DNA of 61,705 nt, filler included, from Bipalium vagum (taxonomy: Eukaryota): the NCBI GenBank assembly GCA_037834085.1. It is 3 parts of 3 records of this genome, joined end to end, with 100 filler letters (N's around TTAATTAATTAA, not from the genome) between each part and the next. Parts side by side here need not be neighbours in the genome. Positions count along the whole stretch, not along the records: positions 1 to 18,698 come from JBBMKC010022265.1; 2 more parts are not named here. One strand, given 5' to 3'. Both the position numbers and the translations under genes were made by a program. Shown here piece after piece: positions 1 through 13,468 of this stretch. Each line of letters opens with the position of its first letter. The stretch's first letter is position 1. The notes under the pieces are model-generated. The model was not told the DNA's origin. It saw only the letters and a program-made list of their open reading frames with translations, and ran no database searches.

Positions 1-497
1 TTCTGGATGATCGTCGTATAAAGATTCATGAACTTGCTGATATTGTGAAGATTTCAGAGGAACGCGTTTGATACATTTTACATCACCATTTAAATATGAA
101 AAAACTATCTGCAAGATGGATGCCGTGTTTGCTAACCATTGATCAAAATCGTCAAAGAATGAATCTGTCAATTCAATACCTACAGATGTTTCAGTCGAAT
201 CCAAATGAATTTCTACGGCGATTCGTTACTGTTGATGAAACACGGGTACAATATCATACCCTAGAAACAAAACAACAGTCAAAGCAATGGGTAGAAGCAA
301 GTTCCAGTGCACCAAAGAAAGCAAAAGTTGTTCCTTCAGCAGGAAAAGTCATGGCAACCGTATTTTGGTATTAAAAGACTTATATATCGTTGGAATAAAT
401 GTATTGAATTGCAAGGAGAATATGTTGAAAAAAATAAATATAATTTTTTTCAATAAGTTTTTCTTTGTTAGGCCGAGAACTTTTCACCCCACCCTCG
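1..497 (+). mobile_element. mariner (DD34D-type) transposon remnant, internally deleted, 5' end outside window
   Basis: ORF 96-374 has KKLSARWMP (WVPxxL linker), FVTVDETRV (first catalytic D) and SAGKVMATVFW. It then jumps straight to the C-terminal IKRL..RWNKCIELQGEYVEK. Right TIR GGCCGAGAACTTTTCACCCCACCCTCG at ~471-497. Confidence 0.9.
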
Positions 498-2404
498 TGT
501 ATATAATTAATTGATTGATATAATTGATATTCGTTGAGTTGGGAATATTTCCATTTAATTTAACCACTTTTGTAAAATCAAAACAAAAATTTATTTCTAT
601 TGAAAAGTTAGGAAAAATTTTCAAAAATGAAATTCTTAAGAATTTATAGAATCAATTTTTTACTGTAGGATTTCACAAAAATATCGTGAGTTATTAATTT
701 ATTCTAAGATAATAATTTCTTTTATTAAATGATAAAAATAACAAACAATATTTACTCCATTGGTTTAATAGTATGTTGTGATTTTATTTATTTCTTGATT
801 TATAAAATACTACTGCTAACAGGATATGATTAGGTTGTACTAAATGAAATGTTTTTTTAGAACAGGCATGTTATTAATTTTAAAACAAATATTTTTTTAA
901 ATAAACAATATTTAACTTAGCACTATAGAGTTCTGACTACAGGTTTACTGTTTTCACTTCAAAGGCGTTTTAAAATTTATCTATGACTAGCATTTTTTAT
1001 ATTGTATTTATCTATGAATCTGTTTTCAACATGCATCGCAAATGGTATATGTTACTACATTAACATTTTACTGAATAAAATAATTTTAGTAAACAAATAA
1101 TATCGATTATTGTCTGTACTGACTTGTTTACGCCATCGTCATCTTTGAAATAAAATTCTTAATAAAATAATATCAAACAGTACATTTACAGTCATAATAT
1201 GTCTACAGATCTCAATATAAGTCCCTTGCTCAGATTTATGAAAGACATTTACTCTTGTTATTGGAATTTCAGTAATTTAAAATTAAAATCATACTTTAGT
1301 AAAAAAAAATAAATAATGTGTAAATTATTTAGTACATGATGAATCTGTTATTTCTGAATCAGTGAAAAGTTTCTTGGTCCATCGTAAATATAAATAATAA
1401 CCAAGAATTTTGTATTTTATAAAAAATGTTATTGTTTAAATTTATTTTCAGGTTGAATTTTCTTTAATATTTTCTAATTAAAATAACAGATGTATCCATT
1501 ACTATTAAAAAATTTTCCTACTGAATAAATTAATTAACAATTAATAATAAAATTATTATTTTTTAAAATTCATTTAAAATCCTCAGTTCAAGCTCTGTAA
1601 ATTAGTGAAATATATTAAAGAATATGAATATTTTTTTAAAATTAATTTTTATTAAACTTAATGAAACTATCAGCAAGAAATAACAATTATTCCCTTTGAT
1701 CATTAAGAATAAAAGTACAAACTAATACAGTACATATTTTCATTATATAATTATTATGCAGATCATTTTATGATCTCTTAATATTTTATTATCAAATCGT
1801 TTCATGTCAGATTTGATTGTCATATGTTTGCATAGTTTTTTAGTTTTTCTCAAATTTCAGAGTTCTATAAATAATTAATTATTAATAAAAAATATTAACA
1901 AATCAATTGATATTAAATGAAAATTTTGATTAAATAAAAAATAAATAAATATAATAATTAGACCAAAAATAGTATAGGAATAAAAATTTCATTATTAACG
2001 TGTTTAAAATAATTATTTTCTGTGATACAAAAACATTATTGATCTATAATAATAAAATTCTGTTTACAAAGTATAAATAACTGTGTACATGGTTGATTGA
2101 TTTTAATAGTTAATCTTATACAATTGATCATTTCAATTTTTTTATTTTCACTATTTTCCTAATCTTTTGATATACACCGCTTGAGAAATCATCATAAAAT
2201 ATTCAATATAGTTTTATTTATATTGATTTTTTATATCAGAGATTTATCGTTTTAATGCACAAATTTTCATATTATATATTATTGATCTTTGATTTTATTT
2301 CTTCGATTTCTTCTTTATCAGAAATAGTCTTTTAAATACATTGGTTCTTTTCATAAAAATATAATTAAAAAAAGGAAAAAATACTTGTTAAGTCCAGCAT
2401 ATTA

Positions 2405-3711
2405 ACGGGTGGCCAATAAAGAATGATAATTCTTTGAATGACGTTTGGCATAGACAGCATAATGTTAAATTAACTCAATTAAAAGTATTTAATAAAGAAT
2501 AAAACCAAAATTTATTTAATTAAAACAGTTTATTATTAAACCTCCTCTGTGCCTATCTATGGCCAAAACTCTTTGTCGAAAGGACTCGATGGCTTGGTGA
2601 ATCATATTTAATGGAATTTCTGCAATTGTTTCTTTAATTTTTTCAATCAGTTTTGTACGATTTTCCAATTTTTTTGTTTACAGTCTCTTTGATACTTCAT
2701 CCCAAAAGAAATAATCAAGAGGACTAAGATTTGTTGAATTGGGTGGCCAATGATTTGGAGTTATTATTGAAATATCAATCTTTTTGAATGCCGCAATTGT
2801 TTCTTTGCTTCTGTGACAGCTAGCACCATCGTGCTGATATATGAAATCGCTTCCAATAAGCTCCCTTCCATATTTTGCAACGATTGGAAGTACATTTGAT
2901 ATATAAAATCTTGTATCAAAAGATGTTTTTGTCGGTAAGAATACAGGTTTCGTCGGACTTTGATATATCAGTCCAACCCATATCACCTTCAAAAGATATT
3001 TTCTCTTTGGAAAAAGTCCACCTTTTAAATTTGCATCTTTTCTAGACACAGCATAAACGTCGTCGTTGTGTGGATTAAACTGACCATCTGCATTAAAAGA
3101 TTTTTCATCACTAAACATAATATTGTTCAATGCCTGTTTACTAAATCTTTTTCTTAACCAACATGAGCACGTCTTTCGTCTATTGATTTGGGACTCAGGT
3201 AGATAGGGAACTTTTATTTTCCTGTAGTCCTTAAATCCCAAGTCATTATGTATAATATTTCCAATAGTTCCTCTTGAACATTAGAAATTTAAAGCTAACT
3301 TTCTAGTTGATTTCTTTTTTTTGTTTGTTTTAAGGTTTCTGTTAATTTTTTTATAAATGTTTTCGTTCTTACGTTTCTTGGACGTCCAGATGAATATCGA
3401 GCAAGTAATGATTTTCCCTCTTTTATTAGTTTAGTCCATCTATAAATAGTGGACTTTAGTACCGTTTTTGCTACAGCTTCATAAATTTCTTCGGGTGTTT
3501 TCCCATTTTCATAATGGATTTTTATCAAATTTCCTACACAGCTCTCATACGTCATTATCTAAAAGAAAATATTTGCTAAAATAAAGTATGTTTATTTTGC
3601 AAGATATTAAAAACCTTGGCATAAATTAAATCAATTAATAATTAAAATTTAAATTCTTTTAGTTTAAAAATAATGTATTTAAACAATTTATCATTCCTTT
3701 TTGGTCACCGT
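2405..3711 (-). mobile_element. DD37D (maT-type) Tc1/mariner element, near full length, transposase disrupted (copy 1)
   Basis: TA-flanked TIRs ACGGGTGGCCAATAAAGAATGATAA / TTATCATTCCTTTTTGGTCACCGT. ORFs 3295-3555 (HTH, SSGRPR) and 2678-3241 (FSDEKSF, QHDGASCH, WPPNS..LSPLDY). 37 residues counted between 2nd and 3rd D. Frameshift plus premature stop. Confidence 0.93.
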
Positions 3712-3959
3712 TATTATTATTCTTTTGGTTGTTAAAATATTTAACCTTAAATTTTATATATTACTTTCATCTAAATATGAACTGATTTTTAATAAATATG
3801 TATCCTTATTTTAATAAATTTCACTAGAATAATTATATCTGTTGTTTAATCGACCTCATTTATTCAAATAATGGCAATTTTGTATGCGTATCATTTAAAT
3901 AGGTAAATAATGAATGATAATTACGCATATTACATTTACCAATACAACTGGAATTTGAA

Positions 3960-4600
3960 AAACAAAACATTTCTTTTAACTATCAAAATTTGACAGAGAT
4001 CGAATAATATAACTTCATGATGGTGGAATAAATTTCAGAGAAATTGTCAGACGTTCGGAAAAAATCATTCCACAAGTTAATAGACATGAAATGTTCGGGG
4101 CAGTCAAAACAAAAAAGTATCATTGAAAGTGAAGATAGACATCTTCATCTCCCTGCTGTTAGAAACAGATTTATGCCGACCACAAAAATTGATAAATTGG
4201 AAACTGAACCTTAAAAAGGTGTCCCTCAACACTAAATTTTGAATATTGAGTGGTACTGGTATGCGCTCATACTGTTCAAGCAATATTTACCATTGACACC
4301 ACATAGGCGGTGTCAAGAAGGACAAAATTGGCGTGACGAATTGAATCACATCATCTTTAGTGATTAATCAAGATTCTGTTTATGACAAAGAGACGTTATC
4401 GTGGTGAATGACAAAATCTTAGGTTGATCTCACTGGTTTTATGGGATAGATTGTCAGATGCTTTAGATTCTGATCACCTCTAATATTGATCAAAGGTAAT
4501 TTGAATGATCTTCGACACATCGATAAAATTCTGAGACTCATATTACTTTACCTGCTGGAAATTACAACTGGAGTTCATCTCTTTTGTCTACGTCTGACTT
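3960..4600 (+). mobile_element. Tc1-like transposase remnant
   Basis: Broken translation FDRDRII*LHDGGINFREIVRR and IIFSD*SRFCL. Related to the minus-strand copy at ~60170-60800. Confidence 0.75.
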
Positions 4601-5346
4601 ATTGATACACATTAAATTCCCTCTGCATGACAAGAGAAAGAAAAAATAAATCAGAACTCTGTTCTAAGGCTGATGGCCTAAATGGTCAATCTGCACTAAA
4701 AATTCAGCTCACTAAATAAGAAAACTCAGTAGATAAAAATTTATTGAGATAAATCCATTTTCATAAATTAATTAATTATATTAATGGATTTATATTTTAT
4801 TATTAATATTAGTAATATAATATATTAGTAATAATCAATGCTACAACAAACAATGGGGAAAACTTTTTGGCCATCAAAAAAATTTTTCAGATATTTGAAG
4901 ATGATAGCTTCATTGCAAAGAGACCAAATGAAAGCATCTCTAACCCAAAAGTTGTCAGGAACTTTGAAAAATTTCGTTAAACTATGCAGTTGTGGCAAAA
5001 ATTATTATTCAGGCTGAGAAAGGACATGCAAAAGGAATCAATTTTACTTATTGAATATTTATTCTTGATGAAATGTCAACTGTGTGTAGAATGAAGTTTC
5101 TCCATGCCAAATAAGCTTTTAGCTAAAGGTAGAAACTTTTCTCCTGATAACATAAAATATTATATTATTGTTATGTTTAATAAATCCTAATTATTTTACT
5201 AATTAATTACTATTTAAAAAGTCAATTACAAAGACTAAAATTTTTATTATAAATTCGGAAAAAGTCAAAATAATTGTCTTTAAAACTTCAAAAAAATTTC
5301 CCTATATACTACCAAGTTCCATTAGAGTTCCTATTAAAAAAGGTCA

Positions 5347-5565
5347 ATATTGTTTCACTAGAAGACAATTTTTGCATTGCATCATCTCCAGTAATATTCA
5401 AGAAAAACTACTAATGAAAATATTAGATGGTCTAGATAGGATAGTGGTGTATATGGACAACATAATGGTATTTTTGGAAGGTTTGGATCAAACTTAGAAG
5501 AACTTGTTAGGTGTACTAGACCATACCCAAAAGGCAGGGTTGAGAGTGAACCTCGGTAAATGAAA
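5347..5565 (+). mobile_element. Ty3/Gypsy reverse-transcriptase fragment (pseudogene)
   Basis: Manual translation across frameshifts: CFTRRQFCIASSPVIF..MKILDGLDRIVVYMDNIMVF...LLGVLDHTQKAGLRVNLGK. This follows the Gypsy RT pattern PFGxxSAPxxFQ...YxDD...AGLxLNxxKC, with YMDD decayed to YMDN. Confidence 0.82.
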
Positions 5566-6709
5566 TGTGAAAAATTTTTAAAAATCCTTTAATTGAAGGT
5601 TTGCAATCATATTATTAAAGCTAATTTTTATATTTAAGAAAGTAATGAATTAATTATAATCATTCATTAAAAATTTTAAAGTGGAAACGAATTTTTTTAA
5701 AAAAAGTTTTAATTATAATCAAGTTGACTAGGTCATAAATTTCATAATTACTTGATTCTACACAAGAATTAACATAAATGAAGATTCATGTGCGATTTTT
5801 AACTAAAAATACAGGATCAGTAATCATTTTAAGTAGAATACTCAAAATAACTTCCTTAAACCAATTTTTTGATCTTTCAATCTTTTATTGATTGAAACAA
5901 ATTAAACGTTTCAGAATGATAAAGGATTACTTATTTTATTGAGGTGAAATATTTTGATAATACATATCTCATTCATGTTAGAAAATATAATTTATTGTAC
6001 ACTAAAAATCATTTTAAAAATAAAAAAATGTGCACTTTCTCACTAATGGCTCCACAGTATTGATTTCCAGACTGTTATAGTGGGCATATTGTTGTTATAT
6101 ATTTTGTACTTGTATTTAGATTCTTGATTCTTTTGTATTTTCGCCTACACAGAGAATATCTGCTCTGAGTTGTTTTTTGACTTTAATTTCAAATAAATTT
6201 AATTAAGGTAAAAAAAATAATATTTTAGTCAATTTCCTCATTTGTTTTTAAAATTTCTAATTATTATTAAAATACAGTCGATTCAGGTTTAAAAGGTTTT
6301 TGTTGGGAGCCGAATGTGTTATCAACAATTATCAACTATCAACTGTGACCAATTTTTATGAATTGCATTATTAAAAATTGTCAATGATTGATAGAAATAT
6401 CATGACTGTCTTACATTTTTGAACAGATTTAAAAATTTTTATTGACTTTTAACCTTTTTTCCATTACCAATTCAAAAGAAATAATTTCATCACAAAATTT
6501 GAGAAGTAAAGAAATCAGTTTAATATGTAAGATACTGAAAATTATACATAATTCATTATGCATACATACCAATACTTAGACTCTACCAGAAATAATGAAT
6601 ATATTTAAATAAAATTTTGCAGAAAAAATAATAATCATATATGGGGATGAGATTTATGATTTGTTTAAATATTAAAATTTCGTTTCCACTAGAAATGGTA
6701 AATTAAAAT

Positions 6710-7796
6710 AATTGTTTGAAAATTTAGAATTCCGAAGTGAGATCTGGTTTTTATTACTGAAGGGATCTATCAAGCAGGAAGATATTAATGAGCTAAAAGG
6801 TGTATACTGTGAATTAGCTCCATGTAAGGCGACCAACTATAATTGAATTCACCATTTTTCATCTGGCCGTACAAGTGTCTATGAAGTATCCAAAAGTCAA
6901 AAACCTTCCGAAATTAATGAAAAAATCATTAAAATTGGAAAGAAATTTTAAAAAAAGAAAGAAAAATTACTCAAGCTCAGTTGTCCGAGGTGCTAAATGT
7001 ATGTTAAAAAACCACTCATCTGCTTCTAGATAAAATTGGAGTTCGACAGCTATGAGCCTGTTCGAGTAGAGATTTCTAACAGCTGAGATGATTGCTAGAT
7101 GAAGAATGGCCTGTGAAAGGAATCTTCGTCTTCTGGATGTTGTTGGACCAATTTTTTAATGGAATATCACCATTACAGACGAGACGTCATTGAGTCTCGG
7201 CATTCCTTACTCTAAAGAGAGTCAAATGAAAGGGGTTTCCAAAATGAGAAGCCACCTAAAGTCTTGCGTCTGGGAATTTCGCGTCGTAAATGTGCTATGT
7301 TGACCGTCTTTTGGGAGAGGCATCTTGAAGCTAGATTTTACTGAATTCATAAATTCCGATTACTACAGTAATCTCTTTCTTGAAACCCAAACTATCCGAC
7401 GCAAGCCTTGGAACCAGGATCTTTGTTTGATCCATAATAGCGCTGCTATTCACATCTTAAAGAAATATTGGCAAAAGCTGGACCATCCCCCTTACATTGC
7501 AGATATAGTACCTAGTTGTTCAACTATCTGAAGAAACATGTGCGAGGACAAACATTCGTTTTAAAGGATGATATGAAGGATAATGTGAGGAAATTCCTAA
7601 TGGAGAAGGATAAACAAATTTTGAAATGGGCCTTAATGGGATTGTCGACTGGTGGAAAAAGTGAGTCGATGTAAGCGACGGTTATGTCGAGAAATGAGAC
7701 CTATACATGTACTATTATATTTATTGTTAATGAAAATTTTGTTCATCTTCATTACATCTGTTAGAGTCTAAGTACTTGTTAGCATTACCGCATATA
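6710..7796 (+). mobile_element. mariner transposon remnant
   Basis: Decayed motifs (xDET, MLTVFW, LDHPPY.ADIVPS, KKHVRGQTF, GYVEK*). Similar C-terminus to the element at the window end. Boundaries approximate. Confidence 0.82.
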
Positions 7797-10439
7797 TGGA
7801 AATGTTAATAAATTTATTCAAAAGACAGGTATGAAGAAATGTGTGATGGACATTGCTAATTTTCTCAAAATGTAACTTGTCCTCAATAAATTAACATTTC
7901 GTCGAATCAATAAGTATTATCAAGCAACATTAAAAGAAAAACGGATTGATGCTAGTGATGACAGAGATATCACATTATTATATATTTTTTTTGTTGTTCA
8001 GAATGATCATGTTCTGTATCACAAACTATAGCGGTATTTTTTTCCTTGTACGTAGTTCCAGTCTTAGCGTTTTTGTCAACTCAGGAATGCATCTGAAATG
8101 TCGAATTCGAGGTAAGCGATAAAAAACATAAAATACATTATTTCTATTATAATTTATTTTAAATGTATTATTTTTATACTGAACGTTGTAAAATATCAGA
8201 TATAAATGTTTTCCGTTATCCAAAAAATATTTTTATGAACTATTCTGCTGTAATCGCAGTCGATTGTAATAAAAATGAATAGTGCTAATTCAAAAAGCAA
8301 GGAGAATGAGCAAAAAGTCAAATGAGATCGATATACCTGATTTATCTTTCACCAAAAACTGGTTCCTTATCTTAAGGTCTTATTCAAAGGTTCAAAAACT
8401 AATTTGATAAAAATGGATCAAATCTGTTCCGTTCTCAATTTAAATTTATAGGGTTACATTCAGAATTATAACCACTTTTCCTGACATGACTGTCATTGTT
8501 AAACATATCAGAGACAATAATGTTCATGAAGTTATGAAATAGAAGTTTCGTAAAGATTTCTTTAGTTTTTCAACTAAATTGCTCTTTTCTAAGAGGCTTC
8601 ACAACACCAATATAAAGAAAAGAATATTTGATGAATTGCATAATGTTTAAATAAAAGTATAAATAAACAAACATTAATTAACACGCTGCCGTGACAATAC
8701 TAAATATTTATTGAGTTTTTAAGGGAAAACTGAGTCAGATGTAACAGGTCTTGTATATATGGTAGATATTTTCTTACGAAGTCCTCTGCACTATGTATAA
8801 AATTTGTGGCGGCTCTTTTGATCTATTTATTACACATATTAAACCATGTCGCCGTGACATTAAAAGTCAACAATTGGGCATCTCATAGGAAACCTATGTG
8901 ATTGTTGTGTTTTTATTGTTTGCTCTTATTTTATTGAGTTAATTAATATTAGGTCAAATACATCTAAATAATAAATTATATAATGTCAAGTATGTAATGA
9001 TATGATCATCGAACGGTGATGTATATGTAGGTTCAGGTTATTATTGAACTGTGAAATTCAGGAAGAAAGAGAAGACTTCTACAAACTTTAACAGAGATAA
9101 TAAGTTATCTATACTCTTTAAAGGCTATATGATTATATTATATTAATATAATTAATGTCTGGACTTAGTATTACGTTGGCAAGAAAATATGTTTTAGTAT
9201 AAATTCAAATAACTCAGGTTCATATAATTTTTTTTCTTATAAACTTAAATAACATTATTTTTACTTGGTCATTATTTTTATTATTATACGACAATTTACA
9301 TTTTTGCTGATATTTATCAGTTTCCAGTTTAAGTTAGACCTCTAAGTTTTATAGACCACATGTAAGTTGATCAATTAATTTTGGTAATACTCAATATTTA
9401 TGCAACAATTATATGAAAGATTTGTAATCAGAAAATAGGAGAAGGAAAACCTTGATTTTGTTGATTAAGCCAGATTTGAACACAACAGTTTGAAAACTCA
9501 CTGAGGAGCTATTCAACAATTCCAGGTCATGAGAAACATTTTTCAAGTAGGTTTTTGAAGGCTCCTGTCACCTAATAGAAAAATCCAGAACACCTGCGAA
9601 ACTTGTATCGAAAAAGTCTCACTATGAAACGTTAGAGCTATTATTAATAATAACTTACTGATTCCTAGAGAAACAGTTTAAAAGAAATTTCCTACAAATT
9701 GATACTAATAAGATGTACCAAAATATAGAGTATTCATTATGTAATCTAACATACATAATTAATTTTAAATATTTTTATAGAAAAAAATATGTTAATACTC
9801 AAAATAATATTAACCAATTCTTATTTTTATCCCTGGTTCTTAAACTATCTATTTCCGTCTGACTCCAATGCCTTCCTTTTGGTTCGTTTGCTATGTGGGC
9901 AAAAATAAATATTGACAAACTTTCAATAAATTTCTTCGATAACTACTGAAGGAAAGCGTAATAAATAATATCTGACGAGTCAACCATTTTTGATCTAGCA
10001 ATTTCGTCTTTCCAGTTTTCTCAATTCAACTATAAATTTGATTCTATCTTCAATTTTGACACAATTTCAAGTTTCAACTGACAATCGCGTGTGTTATAGA
10101 GATAGGTTTAATTATAGATATAGGTTTAAATAAATGGAAGTCTTTTTACTCTAATGACATTGTAGTAACTAGCTGCAGTACTAGATAACTTTATAAGCAT
10201 CTTGTCATATGGACAATAGCTTGATTCCTCAACCATTTGTAGAACTCTATATATTTTCTTTTGAACATAGTCGGCCGTATTTTTTTTTCGGCACACACTA
10301 CCAATCTCAAATATTTCAAATATTTTTTATTGATGAAGTGAGAAATTTATTTTAAAATTATGTACATTTATTATTAATGTCATGTTTTTAATCCATATAA
10401 ACAAATTACCAATATCTAAATTTTATAAATTATTTCAAA

Positions 10440-10900
10440 AAAACACTTTACAAAACACCGAAGTTTTATAAATTACGCTAAGAAAATCACATAAAAGTAA
10501 ATAAGAAATTTCGCAGTATGCGTAATACTGACCGACCTTTCCACCAAATGATTACTGGATTTTACAGATTAGAGACCTCTTAAGGTAAGATAAAATCAAA
10601 TGATAAAATAAACGAGCTTAAGAAAATGACTTCTTTCAAATTCGAATCATTTTATTTCCCTTTGAAAAACATGTCAATTTCAATCAGCTTAATTTCATTT
10701 AATAAAAACTATTTGAGTATGAGTCGAAAAGTGAGAAATGATTTCACCAAGTAACTTTTTGATTTTCAACATGTTCCGAGATTGTCACAAATAGATAATA
10801 TGATTTTAAGGTTTTTAAAATTTATAATATCTGACTTACTTTAGATAGATGCGTTTAGTTTCTTTCCTAAGACTTCTGGTAGCAAGATAGGAACTACATA
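10440..10900 (+). mobile_element. highly decayed mariner remnant
   Basis: TDRP (GRP-like)...IRDLLR*DK, resembling mariner VRDLVRSDRR, followed by LKKH-like C-terminal traces. Boundaries approximate. Confidence 0.4.
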
Positions 10901-11599
10901 AAATTTGAGATATGCTAATTGCGTAATAAATTAAATCAGATTTTAATTGAAAAGATTAATTAAGCAATTTTTTTATTTTTTAACCGAGAAAAATTATTAA
11001 TGATTAAAATTTTACTTAATAAAAAATTAATTAAAATTAAATTAATCAAAATATTAATTAACTATAATTTTTGGAAAAACTACTAATAAATATTCCAGAT
11101 AAAACCGGTTTTTGTCTTTCTGAACATACTTTAGGGAAGGCTTACCAACCGTTTTCAGATATTTAAAAAATATAAATATAAAAATGTCTGTTATTCAGTT
11201 AAAAATGATGAGAACCGTGAGATCATAAAATTCATTAGATGAACCAGAAAAATCGTTTCTTAGAAAAATCTAGTAAAATAAATATTTTTGTATGTAATAT
11301 CAAAGATATAATATAATTAATAATATATATATTAATATGGTGTATATAATACGACAATTTTATTGTTGAAAAATACAATAGTCTATTTAATTGCACTATG
11401 ATTTTCAGTTAATTTCATTTCATAATTCTGTTGTAACAATTTTTTGAATTGAACAATATAATTTTTGATTAAGTATTTCATTTTGAAAGGCTACCAACAA
11501 CCAAGATTGAAAAATAAAATGACCTGATGACTTTGTTCCATCATTTTCAAAAATCAAAAATTGGTAGTTAGATTTAAGTGTGATCTCACAGCAATTGAA

Positions 11600-12476
11600 G
11601 AGATGAACGTTTTGGAAGACCATATACAACAGCAGCTGATGAAGTTATTGAAAATTTTCGCAACGCAGTTTCATGAACTTGTTGATATTTTAAAGATTTC
11701 AAATGAAAGATTTTACAAGAACATTTAGATGAAAAAATTATCTGCCAGATGGGCGTCACGTTTGCCTATCATTATCAAATCCATCAAAGAATGAATCTGT
11801 CAAAGTAATGCTGATAGCTATTTCAGCAAAATTCACTTTAATTTCTACGTTGATTCGTTAATGTTGCTGAAACGTGGTTAGACTATTAGATCCTTGAAAC
11901 AAAACAGCAATTAAAGCAATGGGTAGGAGCAGGTTCCATGCACCAGAAAAGTTAAAGTTTTCTAACACCAGTTAAAGTTAAGGCCATATATATTTTTAGT
12001 GCAGAGTTTAATATTGATTGGTTATTTGGAAAATATGCACAGGAATATATTATGCATCATTAATGAGCAAACTGAACGAAGAGATCAAGAATAAACACCT
12101 GCATCTAGAAACGAAAAATATTCTTTTTCATCATGACAATGAACAAGTTTATTTTTCAATAATTGCACATAGAAGACGGCATAAACTACAAATATGAATT
12201 GTTTCGTCATCCACCGTACTCTTTGGTTTTGGGATCGATTGTTTCAAAACTTGAAAAGTAGTTTTCTGGAAAACAGTACAGGTCAAATCACGAAGTTCAA
12301 TGGGTCACTAATGCATATTTTGAAGGTCTTGAAAATCGTACTGTACTGATGGGATTAAAAGACTTAAATATCGTAATAAATATTTGCCTTGCAAGGAGAC
12401 TGTTGAAAAATAAATATAATTTTAGTAAAAAATTGTTCTTTCTTATTTAAGCCGAGGACTTTTCACCCCACTCTGG
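11600..12476 (+). mobile_element. mariner remnant, same family as 1-497
   Basis: Clear nucleotide similarity to 1-497 (CATGAACTTG.TGATATT, AAAGAATGAATCTGTCAA, GAAACAAAACA.CA.TTAAAGCAATGGGTAG). Retains the HHDN and HPPYS regions. Right TIR GCCGAGGACTTTTCACCCCACTCTGG followed by TA. Confidence 0.88.
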
Positions 12477-13468
12477 TATAATATAAATTAAAGATATAAT
12501 TAATATAAAATAAAATAACTAATATAAATTATTATTATTTATATATTTATTATTATTATGATTATGTAACATTTGAATTGTAATATTAAAATATTTATTT
12601 TATCAATTTGTTAAATAAAGAAGTTTTATGATATCATTTTTTTAAAAGAATGAGCTGAATTGTGAATATAAATAATAATGATATTTAACTTTAATAATGA
12701 ATACTATACAAATATACATTTCAATAATTTGACAGTTTTTAATTTCATTGTAAAACTAAGACGGATATAAATATACAGAACAAAAATAGAAATAGAATAT
12801 AAAAATTTCAATGAAGTCTGTAGCAAACCATAAAGATTTTATAATGTAATTGAACCTTGAACTTATTTAAAGAATATAAATAAATATTTAGTCACATTCA
12901 TTTGATTAGAAGATTAATTGAATAATTAAATTTCTTTCTAAATATAAAAGTATAATATTCACATGAAAGGAAGTAAATTAAGGAGGATGCTTTTGTTGAG
13001 AAAATGCTTGTTAAAATTATAATTAACATTATTATAATTATCAATTATATTGTCTTAAGTTTTACGTCAAAAACTGATTTGATTTGTATATTTATATATT
13101 TTACATATTAACGTGATTGATTTTTAAGTGTATATATACATGTATATTTGTACATGTATACTATATATGTTTTAGATCATCAAAATTTATCATATATAAT
13201 TTTCTAAAATTCCATAATTATAAGAAAACATGCAAATCTCAGTAAAGTGTATGAAACCTGTAAATTAAATTTTAATATTCTGATATTAAAATTAAAAATT
13301 AAAAAAGATTGAATTAATTTTTTTAATTTTTTATTATTATTTAGAAATTAAGAAAATTGAAAAAGAAAAGAAATAAAAAAATATTAAATATAAGAAATTA
13401 AATCAAAAGAGAATTATGAGGAACTTTTGAATATTGAAAATTAGAAAACTAACTTTGTAAATGTTATA

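Noticed and set aside
10568-10584. 17-nt micro-exon IRDLLR sharing CTCTTAAG(G)GTAAGATA with the 40019 exon
   Set aside because: Context reads like decayed mariner GRP...VRDLxRxDR, with more mariner traces downstream. Not fully excluded.
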